This document shows, in pieces, positions 1 to 8,117 of a stretch of DNA of 64,000 nt (its first letter is position 1; each line of letters starts with the position of its first letter). The position numbers and the translations under genes are program-made. Origin of the DNA: Myxococcota bacterium (lineage in GTDB: Bacteria > Myxococcota_A > UBA796 > CAJQPC01). Location: NCBI GenBank assembly GCA_036012755.1, contig DASCPX010000189.1, forward strand, positions 1 through 64,000, read 5' to 3'. Under the pieces are notes generated by a model. The model was not told where the DNA came from. It saw only the letters and a list, made by a program, of their open reading frames with translations, and ran no database searches.

Positions 1-318
1 CGCGGCGTCTCGTACCGAAGGCTCCCGTCCGGTTGCAGCGGGTTCCCCAACTCCTTCCACGTCCTCGGCCGCTCGTCGCGGTCGGAACTCGATTTCGGCG
101 TCGAACCAGTCTCGGTAGGTGGCTTGCGTGGCTTGCTCATACTCTTCCTTTAACAGGCGCCCCTGTGTCGTCGCAATCCACTCGTCCGGCAACTCGTACG
201 GATCGGTCACGCCCGTGCGCTCCAACTCCGCACCGAAGGCCGCCTGAAGCCGTTCCTCCGCATTCATCCGCGCCCTGTCGAACGCCGGTTGCAAGTGCCG
301 CTCCCACCACGCCTGCAT
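1..318 (-). CDS. Partial hypothetical protein running off the window start
   Basis: Stop-free frame from ATG 318 to the window edge (MQAWWERHLQPAFDRARMNAEERLQAAFG...). No recognisable motif; codon usage looks less GC3-biased than neighbours. Confidence 0.35.
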   Translation of the reverse strand, partial: MQAWWERHLQPAFDRARMNAEERLQAAFGAELERTGVTDPYELPDEWIATTQGRLLKEEYEQATQATYRDWFDAEIEFRPRRAAEDVEGVGEPAATGREPSVRDAA

Positions 319-394
319 GATGTCGACATCGCTGGCGTCGTCCACGAGGCGGCCCGATAGCCCAAGGCGCTCGCCCAAGGCTGCCCGGCTCCAC

Positions 395-630
395 CCCGTG
401 CTCCTGCTCCAGCAGCGGGATGATGACGTGGGTGTCGCTCACCAGGCTGCCGTCAGGGCGGGAGATGTAGGGGACCTTGCCACTCTTCGTCTTCGGGGGA
501 CCGCTGAGCTGGTGTTCCTCGTAGGGGATCTCGACCATGCGCAGCCAGGCCTGCAGCTTCATGCAGAAGGGCGAGGCGTTGGGCAGCCCCAGCAGGGCGG
601 CATCAGGTGGAGTTGGACGGGATCGGGCAT
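395..630 (-). pseudogene. Frameshifted, truncated glutathione S-transferase (FAX/metaxin-like N-terminal domain)
   Basis: ATG 630 gives MPDPVQLHLMPPCWG. A frame change at the GGGG run (~587-590) continues LPNASPFCMKLQAWLRM...GKVPYI...DGSLVSDT, a typical GST_N. No C-terminal helical domain follows. Confidence 0.65.
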
Positions 631-706
631 TGTTCCGGCCTCTTGTCCGCCTGGATCTACCCCCATTTGCTCGACCACGAGGGCCGCGCCGCTATAGAAT
701 CCGCCC

Positions 707-985
707 ATGGCCAACGAGTTCCTCCCGGCTTCCGTCCTCATGACCCTCGGACTGACCGGGTGTGGTCTCTTCGGGCCCTGTCTCAGCATCAACAACCCCA
801 ACGCCTGCTTGAGCATCGCCATCGACACCGACTGCGACACCTCCGATCCAGAGGACACCTCCTGCCCCCAGGACACCGCCTCGGGAGAGGCCGCGGAGCA
901 GGCTGAGACGCGCTCCGAGATCACGCGCAAGGTGATCGAGCACGGCGTGTTGCCCGCGGACGTAGCGGACCGGCTCCAGCCCTGA
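707..985 (+). CDS. Small Cys-rich lipoprotein-like protein with xCLS motifs; candidate RiPP precursor A
   Basis: LGLTGC lipobox, PCLSI and ACLSI motifs, C-terminal GVLPADV. Paralogous to the next ORF and in an operon with radical SAM genes. Confidence 0.8.
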   Translation: MANEFLPASVLMTLGLTGCGLFGPCLSINNPNACLSIAIDTDCDTSDPEDTSCPQDTASGEAAEQAETRSEITRKVIEHGVLPADVADRLQP

Positions 986-1011
986 AGAAGGGTCTCCCGC
1001 CCTCGGTCATC

Positions 1012-1368
1012 ATGGCTCTGGGCCTCTCTGGCTGTGGCCTCTTCGGCCCCTGCCTGGAGCCCACGCCCTGCCTCTCCGTCGTCGATCCCTGCTCCCAGGA
1101 CCCGAGACCGCCGGACTGCGGCGAGCCCGTGCCGATCGGACCCTGTCTCGAGCACCACATGCCGCCGGCGGTGTGCCTGAGCGTCGTGCCTCCGACCGTG
1201 TGCCTGAAGATCGACTACCCGGAGCCCTGCCTGAGCATCGCTCCGGAGCCAGACCCTCCAAAGGACGACTGCGACCCCGCCACGGACGACGACTGCCCGA
1301 GCAGGGACGAGGCCAGACAGAAGGCCAAGGAGGCACTCCCAGAGGACGTCAAGGAGAAGGTCGAGTAG
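1012..1368 (+). CDS. Cys/Pro-rich lipoprotein-like protein with six xCLx motifs; candidate RiPP precursor B (true start possibly CTG 982)
   Basis: LGLSGC lipobox; PCLE, PCLS, PCLE, VCLS, VCLK, PCLS; tail LPEDV. Stop is directly followed by the radical SAM start at 1369. Confidence 0.8.
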   Translation: MALGLSGCGLFGPCLEPTPCLSVVDPCSQDPRPPDCGEPVPIGPCLEHHMPPAVCLSVVPPTVCLKIDYPEPCLSIAPEPDPPKDDCDPATDDDCPSRDEARQKAKEALPEDVKEKVE

Positions 1369-2397
1369 GTGGCCGTCGCCACGGAGAGCGCCCGCCTGGA
1401 CTTCGAGCTCAGCACCGGCTGCGACCACCGCTGCGCCCACTGCTACAACATCTGGAACGCCGAAGAGGGTGATCCCCAGCACGGCTACCGTCGCCGTGGC
1501 CCGCCGAGCACATCCGCGCTGAAAGAGACGATGAGCCGCGCCGTGGAGCAGAGCGGAGCGGTGCACCTCACCCTGACCGGCGGCGAGCCACTCCTGCGCA
1601 AGGACGCCCTCGACATCATCGACCACGCCCGGCAGCTCGTACCCAGCGTCTCGCTCATCTCCAACGGCAGTCACATCGACGAAGCCACGGCCAGGGCGCT
1701 GCGCGGGGTTCGCAGCGTCCAGCTGACCCTGCTCGCTGGAGACCGGGACCTTCACGACCGGCTCAAGGGCGCCGTCTGCTTCGACGACACGACGCGGGCT
1801 GCGATCGCGCTGCGTGACGCTGGTGTTCCCTCCCAGTGCTGCTTCGTGGCGCTGTCCGACAACCGCGGCGAGCTGCGGTCCGTGCTGGAGCTCTGCGTCG
1901 CCCTCGACATGGGAAGCCTGAGCTACAACCGCATGAGCCCCGCAGGGGGTGCCATCCACCACTCGCAGCGCCTGATGCCGGATCCTCGGCAGCTCGAAGA
2001 GGACCTCGAGGTGGCGGATCGACTGGGCCGGGCATGGAACATCGCGGTCGGGACGGCGATGCCCATCCCCCCGTGTCTCGTCCGCATCGAGCGGTACAGC
2101 TGGATCCGCTTTGGCTTCTGCAGCGTCGGATCGAGCTCCCCCAGCCTGGTCGTCGACCCCTGGGGAGATGTCCGCAGCTGCAACCTGTCGGGCCACGTGC
2201 TGGGCAACGTGCTCGAGGACGACTGGTCCGAGATCGTGGCTAATCCCTACCTCGCTGAGTTCCGGATGGCCCTGCCGAAAGTCTGTAGTGGATGTGCCTA
2301 CGAGAAGAGCTGCCAGGGAGGGTGCAAGGAGAGCGGCTTCGCCAGCTTCGGCGCCCTGTCGGAGCTGGAGCCCCTGGTGCGTATGGTCCTGGAATGA
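1369..2397 (+). CDS. Radical SAM protein with SPASM domain (PqqE/peptide-maturase-like)
   Basis: CDHRCAHC (CxxxCxxC), LTGGEPLLR, and SPASM cysteines FCSVG...GDVRSC...CSGCAYEKSCQGGC. Confidence 0.92.
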   Translation: MAVATESARLDFELSTGCDHRCAHCYNIWNAEEGDPQHGYRRRGPPSTSALKETMSRAVEQSGAVHLTLTGGEPLLRKDALDIIDHARQLVPSVSLISNGSHIDEATARALRGVRSVQLTLLAGDRDLHDRLKGAVCFDDTTRAAIALRDAGVPSQCCFVALSDNRGELRSVLELCVALDMGSLSYNRMSPAGGAIHHSQRLMPDPRQLEEDLEVADRLGRAWNIAVGTAMPIPPCLVRIERYSWIRFGFCSVGSSSPSLVVDPWGDVRSCNLSGHVLGNVLEDDWSEIVANPYLAEFRMALPKVCSGCAYEKSCQGGCKESGFASFGALSELEPLVRMVLE

Positions 2398-5195
2398 AGG
2401 CGCCGGCGGTCCTGCTCATCAGCCCGGGCATCCTGCGCTGGGTGGACGGCGACTTCGGCCTGCCACACCTCGTCGCGCTGGGCGGCTACCTTCGCGAGCA
2501 CACGGGCGTCAGGGTGGAGATCATCGACCTCAACTACGAGGGCGGTGATCACCAGAGCCTGCTGAAGACACTGAACGATCTCAGCCCCTTGCTGTGTATC
2601 GGTGTGAGCGTCTACTCCAGCTTCGACTTCACGCGGGTCAAGGCGCTCGCGCGCTTCTTGAAGAAGGCCATGCCAGGCGTTCCGCTGATCGCAGGTGGGT
2701 ACCACGCCTCGGCCCTTCCAGGGGACCTCGAGCCCTTCGACAGCGTGGTGCAGGGCGAGGGTGAGCGCCCGATGACGCGCGTCGTCGAGACCCTGCTCGG
2801 TGGCGGCGTCGTCGAGCCTCTGTATCCACACGATCTCGTAGAGGATCTCGACACGCTCCCGCCCTATGCCTGGGACCTGCTCGATCGCTACTGGCCGAAG
2901 GCCCTGCAGCTGGGACGCAAGCTGCAGATCTACTTCTCCCGTGGCTGTCCCTACCACTGCACCTTCTGCATGGAGCGGGCCAAGTCCGGCTACTCCTGGC
3001 GGGCCTACAGCGTCGAGCGTGCGCTGGATGAGCTGCGTCGATTGGGCACCTTCACGCCGCTGGAGCGCTGGGTCGTCAACGTGGCGGATCCGCTCTTCGG
3101 CTTCCAGCGCTCCTGGCGGCGGGAGCTGCTCGATGGCATCGCCACAGAGGGCCTGCTTCCACGGCAGTTCTGGACGCTCACCCGCAGCGACGACCTCGAA
3201 GCAGAGGACGTGAAGCTCCTGGCAGAGGCGCGCTTCAGCATCGGCATCGGGCTCGAGACCGGCAGCCCGCGCATGCACGGGGTGATGCAGAAGGGCAACA
3301 CGCCGGAGCGCTACCTCTCTGCCATCCGCCGGCTCGCTCGACTTAGCCAGGACAATGGGCTGACCTGGGCCACCAACATCATCGTCGGTCACCCCGGTGA
3401 GACCCCCGAGTCCCTGCGAGAGACCCGGGACTTCGTCGAGGAGCTCTTCCTCGGCCAGCCGACCACGCGGGGCTGGCTCAGCGTGGACCCTTTCCGCCTC
3501 TACCCGGGGTCACAGGTCCACGAGCAGATGCAGCTCTGGGAGGAAGAGCACGGCAGCCGCTTCCACCAGCCCCGGTGGTGGCGGAGCTGGTACGACGGTC
3601 CCTTCCGAGCCGAGCACCTCGACCCAAGCCGGGAGCTGGACTTCGAGGCGCGCGTTCGCTGGATGGGCGAGGCCTACCCGCCGCTGTTGGAGTCCATCCG
3701 CCAGCGCTTCGTGAGTAGCGGACGAGAGGTCGACCGGATCTACCGGATGGCCATGGACGAGCAGGTGGCGAACCTCTCGCCCGAGCGCCTACAGAGCGTG
3801 CTCCAAAAGGCCCGGAGCGTGCCGAGGGACGCCGGGGTGCGCATCGAGGTCCCAATCGGACTGGCTCTGAAGGACCCCTGGGTGCGCCGCAGGGAGGCCG
3901 CGGTTCGCCGGCTCCTGGACCGAGGCGTGCTGCGGACCGCCGAGCTCGTCGAGGCCCTGTTGCAGGAGAAGCCGGAGCACTGGATGCCCCCCGAGCAGGC
4001 CCTGCGTGTCCTCGCCGGCGAGGCGACGGAGCCCCACGCCGAGGGTGCCCTGCCCGAGTCCCTCGGGATCGACGCCATCGCCCTGGGGCTGGAGGCCCTG
4101 GGTCCGCTGCGCGGCCAGCGGGTGGCGGATCTGGGTGCGGCGAGCGGCTACCTCGCAGCGCTGCTGTGCCGGCTGGTCGGCGAGGGCGAGGTGCTGGCTC
4201 TCTCCGGGCTCGGCGACCTCCAGGCCATGCTCCCCCGGGCCAGGGTCGTCGAGCCCCATGCCCTTCCGCTGCCGGAAGAGGAGCTCGACGCCGCCTGGCT
4301 CGGAGCGGCCATGCCGCGGTTGCCGGCGGAGCTGAGAGAGCGGGTCGATGGAGGGATGCGCCTGGTCACCTTGCTGGGCCCGCGCTTTCGTGCCCAGGAC
4401 CTCGTCCTGCTCACGGCCCATGGCGAGCAGCGCCTCGGTCGCGTCAAGGCGCCCGTGATGGGCGGGCGCTGGGGCTGGGTGCCGCTCCCGGCGGCCGGTG
4501 TGCCCGCGGACCTGCGCTTCGTGCGCTGGCCGGGGCCCGCGCAGGCCTACCACGTGCTGGCCCACCTCGATCTGGGGGCGGACGCCGCGGGGCTCTACGA
4601 CCCCGAGCTGCCCTCGAGGCCCTGGGTCGAGCCCCTGCGTCGCGCATACGCAGAGGCCGACAGACCCCTCGTGCTGCAAGGCAAGGCACTGAGGCACCGG
4701 ACCGTGCCTGCACTGCTGGCGGACCTGCGGAGCTCCGGAGACGGGCTCCAGGTGCTCTTCGCCGATGCCATCGAGTCCGAGGGGCAGGGCACCTGGCCAG
4801 AGCTGGAAGAGCACGCCGCGTTGTCCCTCGAGCTCCGACACCTGGCCGGGCTCCTGTGGCAGCACCGCCCCCCGCCCCTGCGCCTGCTGGACTGCCCCTC
4901 CCTGGGTCGCCACGGCCGCGCTGGCTGGCTGGATGGGGAGCGCATCGTCGCCGTCAACGCCGCAGAGGATCCGGAACACGTGCTGCAGCAGGTCCTGCAC
5001 GAGTGGGTCCACACGCTCACCGACTCGCTGGTCGAGGTGGACCACGCCAGGCGAGACACCCGCCTCGGCAGCGAGGGCTTCCAGGTCCACGCGGAGCTGG
5101 AGAGGGTCGCCCTGTTGGCGACCGAGGCCATGCTGAGCGAGCGGGCGCCGGAGCACCTGCCAGGCTTCCGGCGGTGGCTGGAGCGAGTCCTGTGA
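2394..5195 (+). CDS. Cobalamin-dependent radical SAM protein fused to a PIMT-like methyltransferase domain and a C-terminal HExxH domain
   Basis: ATGA overlap at 2394. N-terminal B12-binding fold, SRGCPYHCTFC, DLGAASGYLAALLCRLVG (Pcm-like motif I), VLHEWVH near 4998-5012. Confidence 0.88.
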   Translation: MKAPAVLLISPGILRWVDGDFGLPHLVALGGYLREHTGVRVEIIDLNYEGGDHQSLLKTLNDLSPLLCIGVSVYSSFDFTRVKALARFLKKAMPGVPLIAGGYHASALPGDLEPFDSVVQGEGERPMTRVVETLLGGGVVEPLYPHDLVEDLDTLPPYAWDLLDRYWPKALQLGRKLQIYFSRGCPYHCTFCMERAKSGYSWRAYSVERALDELRRLGTFTPLERWVVNVADPLFGFQRSWRRELLDGIATEGLLPRQFWTLTRSDDLEAEDVKLLAEARFSIGIGLETGSPRMHGVMQKGNTPERYLSAIRRLARLSQDNGLTWATNIIVGHPGETPESLRETRDFVEELFLGQPTTRGWLSVDPFRLYPGSQVHEQMQLWEEEHGSRFHQPRWWRSWYDGPFRAEHLDPSRELDFEARVRWMGEAYPPLLESIRQRFVSSGREVDRIYRMAMDEQVANLSPERLQSVLQKARSVPRDAGVRIEVPIGLALKDPWVRRREAAVRRLLDRGVLRTAELVEALLQEKPEHWMPPEQALRVLAGEATEPHAEGALPESLGIDAIALGLEALGPLRGQRVADLGAASGYLAALLCRLVGEGEVLALSGLGDLQAMLPRARVVEPHALPLPEEELDAAWLGAAMPRLPAELRERVDGGMRLVTLLGPRFRAQDLVLLTAHGEQRLGRVKAPVMGGRWGWVPLPAAGVPADLRFVRWPGPAQAYHVLAHLDLGADAAGLYDPELPSRPWVEPLRRAYAEADRPLVLQGKALRHRTVPALLADLRSSGDGLQVLFADAIESEGQGTWPELEEHAALSLELRHLAGLLWQHRPPPLRLLDCPSLGRHGRAGWLDGERIVAVNAAEDPEHVLQQVLHEWVHTLTDSLVEVDHARRDTRLGSEGFQVHAELERVALLATEAMLSERAPEHLPGFRRWLERVL

Positions 5196-5329
5196 GTCGC
5201 ACCTTGGTCGGGTCGTCGCCGGGGTCCTCCAACCGATCGGTCTTCTCTGAGGGAGCGGGGCCTTGACGCGTTCTTCACAAGACGAACGCTCGGCTGGATG
5301 CCGCATGCTGGATTCGTGGAATACAAGAG

Positions 5330-5480
5330 TTGATGGTCGGGCTGCTGCTGGTCTTGGCTTGTGATGGTCCCGTGGAGACGACCTCTCCCTCCGTGTCGCC
5401 GGGCCCGGAGGACGAGCTGCACGACTCCGCAGACGACTGTTCGGATCCGTCCAGTCCGTGTGTCGAGGCGACACCAGGCC
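5330..5480 (+). pseudogene. N-terminal fragment of a lipoprotein
   Basis: MVGLLLVLAC lipobox followed by a Ser/Pro/Asp linker. The frame then runs into the antisense strand of the convergent truncated oxidoreductase. Confidence 0.5.
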
Positions 5481-6029
5481 GAAGATGCCGACGTTGTCGA
5501 CCCAGTCGATGTCGTCCATGCCGGGGATCGGGAAGACCCGGGCACGGGCCCCCGTCGCGATCAGGCTGCGCTTGAAGCGCAGAGTGGTCTCTCCGACGCG
5601 GACTGTGTCGGATCCTGTGAAGCGCGCCTCGCCCTGGAACACGTCCACGCCGGCGTCCCTGAGCCGGGCGGCGCTGTCGTGGTGTGCGATGTCCGCCCGG
5701 ATGCGACGCATGCGCTCCATCGCCGTGCCGAAGTCCACCTCGACCCCATCCACGCTGACACCCATGACTCCACCATGCTGCAGCGCGTGCACGGCGTGGG
5801 CAGCGGCCAACACGCCCTTGCTCGGGATGCACCCGAAGTTCAGGCAGTCGCCGCCGAGCATGTGCTTCTCGACCAGCGCCACTGTCGCGCCCAGGCCAGC
5901 GCTGCCCATCGCGGCCACCAGCCCTGCGGTTCCGCCTCCGAGCACCACCAGGTCGTAGCGCTCGGCGGGAGTCGGGATCGGCCAGTCCCTTGGTTGGACG
6001 TGGGACAGGAGCCGATCCTGGTGGCTCAA
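5474..6029 (-). pseudogene. Truncated class I pyridine nucleotide-disulfide oxidoreductase (mercuric reductase/dihydrolipoamide dehydrogenase-like)
   Basis: TTG 6029 overlaps the arsM stop. YDLVVLGGGTAG, GGDCLNFGCIPSK and IATGA are present; similarity stops at NVGIFGL before the NAD(P)H-binding GxGxxG. Confidence 0.8.
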
Positions 6030-7003
6030 CAGCAACCCCCTCCCGCATAGTGCCAGGTGCTCCCTGTCACCCTCAGCAGCGGGTTGTCGAGCGCCTCGAA
6101 GGCGGCCGCGGTCTTGTCGCAGATCGCGAGCGGGACCTCCGGGATCAGCACGTGGCCGTCGCCGTCGTCGAAGCTGCCCTGGCCGAGCCAGAAGGCCACG
6201 CGACCAGTGAAGACGCAGGCGCCGTCGGCGGGCACGGGGCCCTTGATCGCGACGACCTCGATGGACTCGAGCAGGATGTCCTCGTCGATCCCGTAGGTCT
6301 CGGCGTCCAGCAGCCGGTAGGGCATCCGGCGGCGGATCTCGATGGTGCCGAAGCCGGCCTCGACGAGGTCCTCGATGTAGCGCTCGTAGCTCGGCGCCCC
6401 GGACAGGCAGCGGGCGCGGAGCTCCTCGTCGTCGGCGAGCTTGTCCGGCATCTCGATCGGGGTGATCGGATCGGACAGCACCAGCCGACCGCCGGGCCTC
6501 AACACCCTGTGCATCTCGGAGAGCGCTCGCAGCCGATGCTCGTCGGTGAAGATGTTGAACAGGCAGTTCTGTGCTGCGAGGTCGACGCTGTCGTCGGCGA
6601 CGGGGAGCTCCAGCGCGTCGCCGTCGCGGACGTCCACGAAGTCTGTGGCGAACCAGTCGTTCGTCTCGGCGGCGATCCGGAAGTTCGCCCCTGCCTTGTC
6701 TCGCATCTGGGCGACGGGATCTATGGCGATGACGCCCCCTTCTCGCCGCGCGAACCAGGCGAACTGTAGGGCTTCGAGGCCTCCTCCGACTCCCACGTAG
6801 AGGATGGTCATGTCCCCGTGCAGGTCCTGCAAGTGCACGGTCGTGCCGCAGCCGTAGTTCATCTCCAGCATCTCGACTGGGACCTCGAGGCCGGGGAGGG
6901 CCCACACCGGGCTGGTGGTGCAGCAGAGCTGCGCGTCGGGGCTCGCGGCCGCCTCGGCGTAGACGTCGTGGGTGGTGCGAAGGTAGCTCTCTCGTTGTTC
7001 CAT
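6026..7003 (-). CDS. arsM: Arsenite methyltransferase, arsenosugar-cluster type
   Basis: LCCTTSP, MNYGCGTTVH, YVGVGGG, AQNCLFNI, CLSGA, C-terminal YAGGGCC; adjacent to arsS. Confidence 0.85.
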   Translation of the reverse strand: MEQRESYLRTTHDVYAEAAASPDAQLCCTTSPVWALPGLEVPVEMLEMNYGCGTTVHLQDLHGDMTILYVGVGGGLEALQFAWFARREGGVIAIDPVAQMRDKAGANFRIAAETNDWFATDFVDVRDGDALELPVADDSVDLAAQNCLFNIFTDEHRLRALSEMHRVLRPGGRLVLSDPITPIEMPDKLADDEELRARCLSGAPSYERYIEDLVEAGFGTIEIRRRMPYRLLDAETYGIDEDILLESIEVVAIKGPVPADGACVFTGRVAFWLGQGSFDDGDGHVLIPEVPLAICDKTAAAFEALDNPLLRVTGSTWHYAGGGCC

Positions 7004-7011
7004 GGGTCCCT

Positions 7012-7968
7012 TCAGGTCAGCGCACCACCGCAGGACGAGCCGGCGCCGGCGGTGCAGCCGAAGCAGTGTGTTCCGACTACGACGGGGCGTCCCTGCCAGT
7101 CGTCGATGTCGTCGATGTCGAAGATGGTCGCCTGCGGTCCAGGGACCGGCAGATCGAGCATCTGGTTGAAGTCGCAGTCATAGAGGGCGCCGTCCCAGCC
7201 GACGCTCAACAGGTGACGACACATCAGCCCGTCCACCGTGCCCGGGTTGAACGCGCCGGCGAGGAGCTCCATGTACTCATCGTGTCGACCCTGTCGGGCC
7301 AGGTCGGAGCCAAAGCGGGCGATCGGCATGTTCGCAATAGCCAGCAGGTTGCTGAACTCGACGCCGAAGTCTGTGCGTAGTCGCTGCTTGTAGTCCCTCT
7401 CGAGCCCCTCCTGAGCCGGAGGGAGGAAGGCGCCGCCGGGGTTGTAGACCAGGGTCAGGCTGCGGCTCGTGCCGTAGCCGAGTCGATTCAGGAGCCTCAG
7501 CGCCTCGACGCTCTTGTCGAAGACCCCGCGTCCGCGCTGCTTGTCGACGTTGTCGGCCGTGTAGCAGGGCAGGCTGGCGACGACCTCGACGTCGTGCTCG
7601 GCGAGGAACTCGGCGGTTCCTTCCTGCCTGGGCTCCCACAGCACCGTGAGGTTGCAGCGGTCGATGACGCGCCGGCCCAGGGCGCGAGCGCCCGCGACGA
7701 GGCGGCGGAACCCGGGGTTGAGCTCCGGTGCGCCGCCGGTGATGTCGAGGAGCTCCAGCTCGGGGCTCTTGCCCAGGAGCTGCAGCACGGCCTCGATCGT
7801 CGCTCCCTCCATCATCTCGGTGCGGGTCGGACCGGCGTCGACGTGGCAGTGACGACAGGCCTGGTTGCACCGCTTGCCCATGTTCACCTGCAGCCAGCTC
7901 GGGCGAGCGCGCCGCAGGGGGCCGACACCATGGACTCTCAGGGTTCGGCCGAAGTCGTGGGTCGTCAT
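7012..7968 (-). CDS. arsS: Arsenosugar-biosynthesis-type radical SAM protein (rSAM/Cys-rich)
   Basis: LQVNMGKRCNQACRHCHVDAGP, DITGGAPELNP, ASLPCY, YDCDFNQ, HCFGCTAGAGSSCGG. Start taken as ATG 7968. Confidence 0.88.
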   Translation of the reverse strand: MTTHDFGRTLRVHGVGPLRRARPSWLQVNMGKRCNQACRHCHVDAGPTRTEMMEGATIEAVLQLLGKSPELELLDITGGAPELNPGFRRLVAGARALGRRVIDRCNLTVLWEPRQEGTAEFLAEHDVEVVASLPCYTADNVDKQRGRGVFDKSVEALRLLNRLGYGTSRSLTLVYNPGGAFLPPAQEGLERDYKQRLRTDFGVEFSNLLAIANMPIARFGSDLARQGRHDEYMELLAGAFNPGTVDGLMCRHLLSVGWDGALYDCDFNQMLDLPVPGPQATIFDIDDIDDWQGRPVVVGTHCFGCTAGAGSSCGGALT

Positions 7969-8014
7969 GACCACCCAGATGCTCTGTGGGCCCCGGCGAT
8001 GCAAAGAGAAGACC

Positions 8015-8116
8015 CTGGACGTGGTCGTCGACCAGGAGGGCGTCGTCCGCTTCGTCGACACCCGCTACGACCCGGACACCATCGAGGCGCTGATCGACGA
8101 GCTGCTCTCCGAGTGA
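8015..8116 (+). pseudogene. Orphan C-terminal fragment resembling a thioredoxin/peroxiredoxin-fold protein
   Basis: LDVVVDQEGVVRFVDTRYDPDTIEALIDELLSE* with coding-like codon usage and no plausible N-terminus. Confidence 0.45.
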
Positions 8117-8117
8117 T

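Noticed and set aside
980..985. CCC-TGA shifty stop fusing precursors A and B by +1 frameshift
   Set aside because: Precursor B lies in the -1 frame relative to A and has its own signal-like N-terminus.
3885..3960. Resemblance of REAAVRRLLDRGVL to the precursor A tail RSEITRKVIEHGVL
   Set aside because: Adequately explained as the usual N-terminal helix of PIMT proteins; too short to support mimicry.
5474..6029. Mercury resistance (merA) locus
   Set aside because: No merR, merT or merP, no C-terminal Cys pair, and the gene is truncated; only the family can be assigned.
6026..6034. Selenocysteine readthrough at arsM TGC-TGT-TGA
   Set aside because: GGGCC is a plausible natural C-terminus, the TGA overlaps the next gene's TTG start, and no SECIS was recognised.
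3789..6905. 1038-aa minus-strand ORF as one protein
   Set aside because: Only ~5474-6029 is protein-like; the rest is off-frame arsM sequence or antisense to the B12-rSAM gene.
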